From Squalus acanthias (taxonomy: Eukaryota): DNA of 64,000 nt. The notes under the pieces were generated by a model that made no database searches, was not told the DNA's origin, and saw only the letters and a list, made by a program, of their open reading frames with translations. The position numbers and the translations under genes are program-made. The DNA is taken from NCBI GenBank assembly GCA_030390025.1, contig JASTWF010000080.1:1-64000 (forward strand), read 5' to 3'. Of this stretch, positions 9,891 through 19,398 are shown piece after piece; the stretch's first letter is position 1, and each line of letters starts with the position of its first letter.

Positions 9891-11765
9891 AGAGAAAGCT
9901 ATCAATTTACTATTTGTAACTACACTTTCCTGACTTTCACTAGAAAGTTAGGAAAATTCCCATTTGATGGTGTAATTCTCCTGTTTCTATCTCGCACCCT
10001 CAATCACTTCCTCTCTCCATTTTACACATCCCATTAATTATCATTCATATCTCATTCATGAGTCCTGGAGGAACTTTACTGTCCAGTACAATATTTACGA
10101 TAGAAAACATAGATCAAACATTCTCACTTGGTCCAAGTTATTAACACTTTTTATTGATCATTATTTTAGAGGATCTTTTATTTTCCCAAAAGTAACCCAA
10201 TATATAGTGCCTGAGTCCATTTTGTCATTTCAAAATTATCCCAAAATCCAAACAGCAGTACTGTTGAACTGATCGGTTTTGTCAATGTTCAATTTCATTT
10301 CTATCAATTTATCTTATCAATTCCAATTTCAGAAACAAGTGATTCTCAGGCTAGGTGGTTTACACAGTGTTTTAACATTAGAGACAGAAGTGTTACAATT
10401 AGTTTACAAGGTAACTTCCATATAACAAAAGAAAGCAGAGAATCCATTGTGGCTCTGCTTAAGAGCCCAAGGGGTTAATTTATCAAATCATAATTTACCT
10501 TCTGCCACTCTGGGGAAATATTAACTTCAAATTAAGAAACTTAAATTTAACAATGTCCAATATCTTTAAACTTCATTCAGCAATACTAAAGTTGTTGCTC
10601 GGTGAACTTAAACAGCTGTCGGTGGAAAGGGTTAACTCCTTTGCAGGTTTTTAAGAAGGTGGAGTGAAACATTGTCAGGCGCACGCAATTGCGTCACTTC
10701 ACGTAAATTAAAAAAATCTTTCCCGATCGAAAAAGACAGTTGTGTTGTCACACTTTAACTAAACACGAACAGAACAGATAAAACAAAACAAAATAGCACA
10801 TGCTTGCAGGAAACAGTAAATTACGTCATATTTCTAATTGTCCTTTCTTCAGATGCCTTTCCAAATAACTGTAAAAACATTGAATACAACTGGAGAAAAA
10901 TTAGTTTTTCACATTTAAACAAATCAAATCAAACTGCTTTGGAAGATTTCACCACAGCAACCACGATTCCAAGGTTAAATCTTGGACTGAAACGTAATCT
11001 TTTGTTAAACAAACTTTTTGTTTTTCTCAGTTTTTCCACACCAGCTTAACTTAAATTGTAGTTCAAAGTTTTTTTTTCTAATTCTTGGGGCACAGTCTTA
11101 TTCGCACATTCTTAAAACTTCCAAAATCCAAGACAACACAAAAGGGTTAAACGCCTTTAACACAGAAGTGGGTGGAGCTAAAACACACACAATAGACACT
11201 TTTTGTTTTAAAGACAAACTTTCAGACAAAAGGAATACTGTAACTTCTTAAACATTCATAGTTAGGAAAACTTTTACTCTTTAACACACACTTCCACACA
11301 AACTGAAATTCCAGCATTTTTTAAGGTTCCTTTCACTCAAGTCTTGTGTTTTATTTGTTTCAGCACAGACGTGAATAACTTCCATGTCGGTAAAACTTTA
11401 AGTTTCTCTTTTTTTTCCTTTTTTGTAAATCGGCATCTCAGCAGCTTTTCCTGGCTTTCCAAATCCCTGTTTTTTTCCTTTTCTTTGCTGAATTTTCAGA
11501 TTGGTTAGCCTGCAATTTAGATTTTTTTCCTTCTCTATCCCCCCACTCTCTCTCCTGCACTTTATGCTTCACCTCCTTCAGGCTATCTATCAACTGTTCC
11601 CAGTGATATGCTAACGCCATTGTATTTCTGGTTTTACTTTTTAACACACTCTTTCCCACTTGCTACTTTCAGAGAGAAAAACACTCAGTCTAAGCAACAA
11701 TCACGTGTGTTTGACCAAGTCCCTCTGGTCCCCATAACCAGAACCTTACAACTCGCAACTCTGTG

Positions 11766-11783
11766 ATCCCACTTCTGACACCA
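11766..11783 (-). promoter_or_regulatory. Primer binding site complementary to tRNA-Leu(CAA)
   Basis: TGGTGTCAGAAGTGGGAT 1 nt after the LTR end; same sequence at 40283-40300 and 61537-61554. Confidence 0.85.
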
Positions 11784-12520
11784 CTGTAAGATTTGGATCA
11801 CAGGTCACACACAGATTACCCAAAGGTTCTTAGGAGTTGTAAGGCTTTTTATTAAAGAGCTACAGTTTAAAGCATAATCAGATATTGCTACATGTGATTG
11901 AAATAGATACAGTAGACACACAACCCGTGACAGATGAGGGCGATCTACGGCCCTAGAATGGAACGAAACAACCGAACAGACGGGGAGGCAGTACGGTGGT
12001 CTCGGATTGGGTGGATTCCTGCAGTCTGCGGTCACTTCCGTTGGGTCATCCCTCGAGCTGTTGGAGGTGTTAGGCCGCAGCCACCTTGGGGAAGCCTTCG
12101 CCCCTAACTGCCTGATTTCCTCTCTCGGTCGTCTACTTTTATAGTTATTGCGGTGGGCTGGTGATTACCTGGTGTCAATCATTTGTTCCCCATCCCATTG
12201 TCCAATTACAAGGGAGAGATTACCTATGACAGCCCCCTCCTAGTCTCATGAGGTAATTTTCCTCCTTATCTCTGTTCTAAAGGTCTTGTTGGCCTCTTGT
12301 AGACAGCTTATTTATCCTCCAGCTCCTTGCTGCATCCCGTATCAGGCCTAGTTATGCCCACTCGAAGGCCTGTTTTTGTGTTCTGACCTCGTAATTCAGC
12401 TCTCTGTGCAGCTATTTTTCTGACATGACTGGAATCTTTCTGTGTCATCAACTTAGGCAAACTGCTGATCGAGGGAACCCGTAACAGACTATTATTTCTT
12501 TCAATCCATGATTTCTTACA

Positions 12521-12711
12521 AGTGTCTGGGAGGGTGAGTCGGGGTGAGGAGGGGAGTGAGATTAGTCTGACAGGGTTTAACAGTGTCTGGGAGGGTGAGA
12601 TGGGGTCAGGAGGGGAGTGAGGTTAGTCTGACAGGGTTTAACAGTGTCTGGGAGAGTGAGATTAGTCTGACAGGGTTTAACAGTGTCTGGGAGGGTGAGA
12701 CGGGGTCAGGA
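12521..12711. repeat. 61-bp minisatellite, left part, split by the foamy provirus
   Basis: Unit GAGATTAGTCTGACAGGGTTTAACAGTGTCTGGGAGGGTGAGACGGGGTCAGGAGGGGAGT; resumes at 18718. Confidence 0.9.
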
Positions 12712-15700
12712 TCAAGGGATAATTACTAGCCCTAGCCCATTTGTGGCTACCCCGGATCAGGCATATTTCTCAGATGTTCACTTTCAACTATAGTTTGGGT
12801 TAGCTGCATCCGAAAGACGCTTAATTGGGTCTAAAGGTCCGGACTATCTCTCCCTAAAGGAAAGGAACAACTCGAGAATGTTACCGTCCTCCAGATAGCA
12901 CTTTTAATAAGTTTAGCTAGACTGTAACATTCCGGATATTATGAGGGTCCGGAAAACTCCCCCAGAATTCTGCAACTCCTCACCAAAGAGTGTACAGAGA
13001 TTGAGTATGCGAGTTTTTGATACAGAAGTCTTGTGAGACAATTCTAAAAATATATAGATTTATTAAAGAACCGGCATGCAATTTACAGTTGGTGAATCAA
13101 TCGCAACATGAACAGTTCCAAAAAGAGAAAACATACGATCATTTTAACAGAGAATCTTACTTTCAAATCTTAACTTCGCTACAGTATTACAGTTCTTAAA
13201 GTGTTCCACAGAATATCCACCAATATCAAATACCTTTGATCCCCGAGGTACAAAGAGCTGAAGCCGAGAATCGCTTTGCCTGATTAAAGCGAGTCTGTTA
13301 TCCATTTGAGAGTTCAATATTTATATCCTTTTCCAGTGGTATTTCCTTTAAAGTTTTCTGCTGATGCAAGCTAATTATCTCTAGTCATTTTTCTGCCAAC
13401 CTCTGCAACTCTTACAGCCACCTCAGCCAGAATCATGTCTCATCTCTAGGTGTTCTAAGTTTACCATATAAAAACAGTGTGACAGCAGGTGTTCCTTACT
13501 TTATGTCATCTTTACGAGGGCAGATGTTCCTTATCTTATGTGCTTCTTTACAAAGTGTAAATTAGAACACCTTATCCAGGGTGAACCATTGTTTCGTTCC
13601 CGAAAGTTCAGCCTGTCGGAGCCCTTCACCTTCTGTTTCAATAAGGTTATTTATTCAGGGTCAACATCTATCTGATCTCAATAGCCAGAATGCTTTCACA
13701 GCTATTTCATAGTTAGGTTTCTAAATTTCCAAACCCAGTTTGTCATGTTTTAATAAGGCCAGAATTCTTTCATAAGATAGTGTATTTTTCTGAATAGGTT
13801 ATATGGCTTATTCCTTCACACCCACCTCTTGACTAAAAAATGAGCTCGAACATCAGTGCAGAGTTTGGTCAATGTTACAAATAAGGTTGCAATAGTACAT
13901 TAATTTCACGAGATTCACAAGAGCCCAATCATGTGCTACATGAAAATTCCTTTAAGTCATCCCAGGACTATGTTTTACCTTATTTTAAATTGAACACAAA
14001 TGAAAGAATGATAGGAACATTGTCATGCAATTAGCGAAACAACATGTACTTAGAATGTCCAATTGACAGATGTATGTTCCGTAGAGCTGAGTTATTCATA
14101 CGAGTTAAGGAGACGTCATTTGGAGCTGGCTGAAGCTTGACACAATGTTCCATTGATCCAGCGTGAGGACAGATTCTTGTTTTCGTAAAGGCCTTGCCAG
14201 AATCTCAGATGATTCCTTCTCCATCCACAGTGTTTCCTCCTTCGTTGAAGTAACTTGTTGGTCTTTACTTGTTTTGGTTGTGGCTTTTTGCGAATCCAAT
14301 TTCTGAGGCGTTGCCAAGCATCATGTGGAGGAGTCGGCGACACTGTCTGGCTGACTGTCGTCAGTAGTTCCATCGCATCCATTTGCTGTGTCGTGCTCCA
14401 AGCTGGGTCTTGGAAGACAGTGTACGACAGCACCTTGTATTGTTCCTCCCTTCCGGTATCCAGCAGGACATCTTTTGAGATTGTCTATGGAGACAGTTTT
14501 AAGAATATGTTTGCCATTCGGCTGATTAATATGTATTTTAACAGTTCTTTCATTAATAACGGAACGTATTTGAACAGGTTTTTTCCACTTATGTCTTAAA
14601 CCAGGTTTTTGCTCGAACTTCTTTTCCTGTACCCATTCTCCTGCTAGGGGTTGCCATGCTTTGTTTGTCAATTTTTTCTGCCTATTTGTCTCCCTTATCC
14701 TCTGATCAATTTAATGTATCTCCTCTGTTTCTTTTTTTAAATCTAACTGTCACTGTCGGGTAAAGGAATCAGAGAGTGCAGAGGCAATAAAAGAACTATG
14801 GGTAAGCGGTGTATGCATCTCAACCCCATACATCAGATAATATGGAGTTTTAGGGGACACTGTCCCTGATGCAGATGCGGGCACATTATCGAGTGATAGC
14901 TGTACCTCCGGAATGACGGTGTTCCACTTATTTCCCCTGATTCTCAACAGTTTGACCAATAGCTTTTTTACTTCCTGGTTTTTACGTTCCACCAGCCCCG
15001 CTGATTGTGGATGACGTGGCGTGCTGTGCTCTAACCCAATCCCCCATTGCTCGCAGTAGTCTTTGAAGACCTTGGAGACAAAGGCTCCGCCTTGATCGGA
15101 GTGTAAGATTTTGGGTGCACCAGCTACAGTAATTATGTCATTGGCGAGTGTGTTTTCCGAAACAGTTTTTGTGGGGACCAGCCAGCAGAAGGAAGTGCAT
15201 CCATCTACACAAATGAGAACATGTCTGTATCCCAAAGATGGGGGAAGTGGTCCAATGAAGTCAATAATGAATTTTCCCATTGGTTCATCAGCTTTCACAC
15301 AAGCCAATGGTGGTGGCTTAATTAGTGATGACTCATTGGTTAAATAGCATGGCTCACAATTTGCCACGTATGTTTTACAGGCCTTAAGCATGCCTGGCCA
15401 CCAATATAAGAGAGTCAATTTACAGAATGTTGTTCTGGCACCACAATGTGCTTGACCTATGCCCTCGTGAGCTCCTTTTACAAGCTATTCTCGTTTGTGT
15501 CTCGGGGGTACCTCTCGGTTTCCCTTGAGCACAATACCAGTAGGGGTTTCTGAGTAAAAGTACTTTGATGGATATCCTGGTGGATTCTCTTTTGTTGGCT
15601 CTAATAGCTGAATCAGTTCCTCATCCTGATTAGCTGCCCGTTCTGCCCTAGTAATAACACTAATATTGGCAGGCCCCTCTCGAGGGGGTGTCATGCAGAC

Positions 15701-15900
15701 TGAACATTTCGCTTGTTCGTCTGCAAGACTGTTTCCTTTTGAGTGTACTGTCCCAGTGGTATGCCCGTTTACATGAATCACCTGACAATTCTGTTTCTCC
15801 ATCCTCGAACGGAGAATGTCTTCCCACAATGACTTATGTTTTATGGGTTTAGCCTTATGGTTGGTAAAGTTTGTTTGTTCCCAGAAAACTAGATCTTGGT

Positions 15901-16554
15901 ATAACAACAGCAAACGCTGGAAAAACTCAGCAGGCCAGGTAGCATCCGTGGAGAGAGAAACAGAGTTAACGTTTCAGGTCGAAGACCTTTCGTCAGAACT
16001 GGAAAAAAGCAGGAAATGAAATAGATTTAAAGCAAGTATAAAGCTGGGAAAAGGGGGAGGGGATGAAAGAACAAAGGGGAAGGTCAGTGGTGGGATAGAA
16101 AGCAGGAGAGATTAAGAGACATTGAGAGACATTAAGAGATAATCAAGGTAAGTGGAGGTGTTAATGTGACAGGTTGAGGCGAGATGAAGTGTGAGATGCG
16201 CTGGCAGAATGAAGGACAGCTGCCAGCTTATGGGAGGGGGGAAAAAAGGCCAAACAAAAGGGTGGATGAAAAAAAATATATAAATGTGATAGGGGCCAAG
16301 GTTATGATCTGAAATTGTTGAACTCAATGTTGAGTCCAGAGGGCTGTAGGGTGCCTAAACGAAAGATGAGGTGCTGTTCCTCGAGCTTACGCTGAGCTTC
16401 CATGGAACAATGCAAGAAGCCGAGGACGGTGAGGTCAGAGTGGGAGTGGAGCGGAGAATTAAAGTGACAGTCCACCGGGAGCTCGGGGTCCCCCTTACGG
16501 ACTGAACGGAGGTGTTCCGCAAAGCGGTCACCCAATCTGCGTTTGGTCTCCCCA
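15901..16554 (-). mobile_element. Penelope-like element 3' fragment (GIY-YIG C-terminus and terminal repeat) inserted in foamy RNase H
   Basis: IGETKRRLGDRFAEHLRSV...KLEEQHLIFRLGTLQPSGLNIEF; ATCTTGGT flanks both sides (15893-15900, 16555-16562). Confidence 0.85.
15961..16002 (-). ncRNA. Minimal hammerhead ribozyme motif in the Penelope terminal repeat
   Basis: Minus strand cagttCTGACGAaaggtcttcgacctGAAACgttaactctg: catalytic boxes, stem II AGGTC-TTC-GACCT and palindromic AACGTT stem III. Confidence 0.6.
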
Positions 16555-17013
16555 ATCTTGGTTATCTTGGTTATATCCTCTTTTACAATAGTCACTATCT
16601 GTACAGATTAATGTGGGTTTAAGAGGGTCTGCCTTTTCTAAAGCATACCATAGTGCTGCGGCTTCAGGATATTGCGCTGTTTTATGGCCAAGGGGTATGG
16701 ACAGTAATTCTTCTGGATAAAAAGAATAGGAATCTCAAAAAGTCCCTGCTACTATCCCCATCCCAGCTGAGGATTGTTGGGATGTCCCTTTTTTAATCGT
16801 CATTGACGATCCCTCATAGTAAATGACTTGTTGGTAGCAATCGTTTGAATTTCCTAATAAAAAGACTTGGCCAATTCCGACAGGGTTTGCCATTTCGTCA
16901 GGACCTAACCTCGGTTAGGATTTAATATGAACTTTATAAGAAATTTCTAGACCTGAATGGTATATTGAGGGAGTTCTGATTTAAGTTCTACAAGGCCTGA
17001 TCAGGGACTTCTT

Positions 17014-17380
17014 GGGGGAAAAATTCAGTTGGTTGCGCCTCCCGTTAGTGCCTTAAGAGGGCACTAATGGGGCGCAAAGCAACCAGTGCCCGGGCGCGGC
17101 GATGTTTGCGCCGCTCGCGAAATTAACTAGACATTTTGCGGCGGCGCTAAACAGTACCGCCACGATCTCCTGCGCCGGCAGATCGTGACGTCAGTCGAGT
17201 GCGCAACGCCCCGGTAGTGCCACGGAGCGGATATTGAGTGGCGCCCCCTGCCTTACCGCCTGCCGCTAGCAACGACAGGTTGAGGGAAGCGTTTTGCAGT
17301 CAGGAAGGGACTGGGGAGCGCTATTTAAAGGCGACCGCTTCCTGCCTTTTTTTGTTGGCGACATTTTTGAACCACGCATT

Positions 17381-17417
<37 letters not shown>

Positions 17418-17837
17418 CTGGAGAGATTCAACGCTGTGTGAAGGAGTTTTGGGTACTGTGCAGTACTTTGCAGGTTCATTTTGATTTGCCCTTCCTTGTA
17501 TCGATTTAGAAGTCACTGTGGGGGCTGCACTCTGAGCTCTTTCCCTGGGCCTCCCCATTGCTCTTTCCAGCAGATTTGATGTACAGGTTTCTCCAGGCCG
17601 AGATTCAAGGCTGCAATGAGCAGGATGTGGATGGAAAGCAAGATCAACCCTCCCCTTTAAGAACTGGCCGGGGCCATTTTGTGTGTGTTCCATTGCTGAC
17701 TGACATCACATGAGCTTCGCCAGCGCGCTGAGTTAGCGCCTCGCTCCTCGGCCTTTGCGCCTTAAGACAGAGGTGTAGCGCCTGATTTAGCGCTCCAATC
17801 ACCTCCAGGGGCGATAAAAGTCAAGTTTGCAGTCGGA
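17014..17837. mobile_element. Harbinger-derived non-autonomous DNA transposon, one end deleted
   Basis: Starts with TIR GGGGGAAAAATTCAGT; reverse-complement homologue of 26125-27010. Confidence 0.75.
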
Positions 17838-18717
17838 GAATTCTGCAACTCCTCACCAAAGAGTGTACAGAGATTGAGTTCGCGAGTTTTTGATACAGAA
17901 GTCTTATGTGAGACAATTCTAAAAATATATAGATTTATTAAAGAACCGGCATGCAGTTTACAGTTGGTGAATCAATCGCAACATTTACAGTTCCAAAAAG
18001 AGAAAACATACGATCTTTTTAACAGAGAATTTTACTTTCAAATCTGAACTTCGCTACAGTATTACAGTTCTTAAAGTGTTCTACAGGATATCCACCAATA
18101 TCAAATACCTTTGCTCCCCGAGGTAAAAAGAGTTGGAGAATACAGAGCCGCCTCTGAAGCCAAGAATCGCTTTGCCCAATTAAAGTGAGTCTGTTATTCC
18201 TTTTGAGAGTTCAATATTTATACCCTTTTCCAGTGGTATTTCCTTTAAGGTTTTCTGCTGATGCAAGCTAATTATCTCTAGTCATTTTTCTGCCGACCTC
18301 TGCAACTCTTACAGCCACCTCAGCCAGAATCATGTCTCATCTCCAGGTGTTCTAAGTTTACCATATAAAAACAGTGTGAGGGCAGGCGTTCCTTACTTTA
18401 TGTCATCTTGACGAGGGCAGATGTTCCTTACCTTATGTGCTTCTTTACGAAGTGTAAATTAGAACACCTTATCCAGGGTGAACCATTGTTTTGTTCCCAA
18501 AAGTTCAGCCTGTCGGAGCCCTTCACCTTCTGTTTCAATAATGTTATTTATTCAGGGTCAACATCTATCTTTACTCATTAGCCAGAACGCTTTCACAGCT
18601 ATTTCATAGTTAGGTTTCTACATTTCCAAACCCAGCTTGTCATGTTTTAATAAGGCCAGAATTCTTTCATAAGGTAGTGTATTTTTCTGACTAGGTTATA
18701 TGGCTTATTCCTTCACA

Positions 18718-18900
18718 AGGAGGGGAGTGAGATTAGTCTGACAGGGTTTAACCGTGTCTGGGAGGGTGAGACGGGGTCAGGAGGGGGAGTGAGATCAGTC
18801 TGACAGGGTTTAACAGTGTCTGGGAGGGTGAGACAGGATCAGGAGGGGAGTGAGATTAGTCTGACAGGGTTTAACAGTGTCTGGGAGGGTGAGACGGCGT
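18718..18900. repeat. 61-bp minisatellite, right part
   Basis: Continuation of 12521-12711. Confidence 0.9.
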
Positions 18901-18953
18901 CGGTGAGGATGTGAGTGTGTGCGGCGGGTTTGATGCTTGACATTATGCCTGGT

Positions 18954-19275
18954 CTGTGCTCCCAGTACTGGAGATACCCCACACTCACTCTGTCCCTCAG
19001 TTCTACATTCCTCTCTCTCACTCTCCCCTCTCAGTGCCCTGTGCTCCCAGTACTGGAGGTTCCCCACACTCGCTCTGTCCCTCAGTTCTACATTCCCCTC
19101 TCTCACTCTCTCCTCTCAGTGCCCTGTGCTCCCAGTACTGGAGATTCCCCACACTCACTCTGTCCCTCAGTTCTACATTCCTCTCTCTCACTCTCCCCTC
19201 TCACTGCCCTGTGCTCCCAGTACTGGAGATTCCCCACACTCACTCTGTCCCTCAGTTCTACATTCCCTTCTCTCT
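18954..19275. repeat. 85-bp tandem repeat in the post-TM intron (also 42030-42322)
   Basis: About 4 copies of ctgtgctcccagtactggagattccccacactcactctgtccctcagttctacatt... Confidence 0.9.
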
Positions 19276-19284
19276 GATTCTTAC

Positions 19285-19398
19285 CTCTCCGTTGTTTTAT
19301 CCAGATGAATATTCCAATTATCCCGATTATAACCAGTGCAGCGACTGTTCCAATTATAATTCCAGGATGGGAGCGTGCTCCACTGTTTTCCGGTATTT
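19285..19398 (-). CDS. MHC I copy 1 connecting peptide/transmembrane exon
   Basis: tttcag|...EIPENSGARSHPGIIIGTVAALVIIGIIGIFIWIKQRR...|gtaag. Confidence 0.9.

Larger units (their letters stand above)
6834..12520 (-). mobile_element. Non-autonomous LTR retroelement/ERV remnant with two dissimilar LTRs, copy A
   Basis: 5' LTR 11785-12520 (TGTAAGA...TCTTACA, TATA, AATAAA), PBS 11766-11783, degenerate internal region, PPT GAGGTGGGGAC at 8311-8321, 3' LTR 6834-8310. Confidence 0.8.
14321..16840 (-). pseudogene. pol: Foamy virus pol remnant (RNase H and integrase) with stops, frameshifts and a Penelope insertion
   Basis: RNase H SAGMGIV...SIPLGHKTAQ...LICTDS / KPIKHKSLW...GNSLADEQA; integrase YWWPGM, CxxC, DFIGPLPPSLGY, HSDQGGAF, STPRHPQSAGLVERKN, C-terminal KTVSIDNLK; colinear with prototype foamy virus Pol as recalled. 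Confidence 0.92.
12712..18717 (-). mobile_element. Endogenous foamy virus (spumaretrovirus-like) provirus, internally deleted
   Basis: 3' LTR 12712-13820 (1109 bp), PPT AAGAGGTGGG at 13821-13830, truncated 5' LTR 17838-18717, 4-bp TSD AGGA (12708-12711 and 18718-18721), foamy-type RNase H and integrase. Confidence 0.92.

Noticed and set aside
11438-11659. Possible gag start (MALAYHWEQLIDSLKEV...) after the PBS
   Set aside because: Position fits, but there is no recognisable gag motif and the frame breaks quickly; not called as a gene
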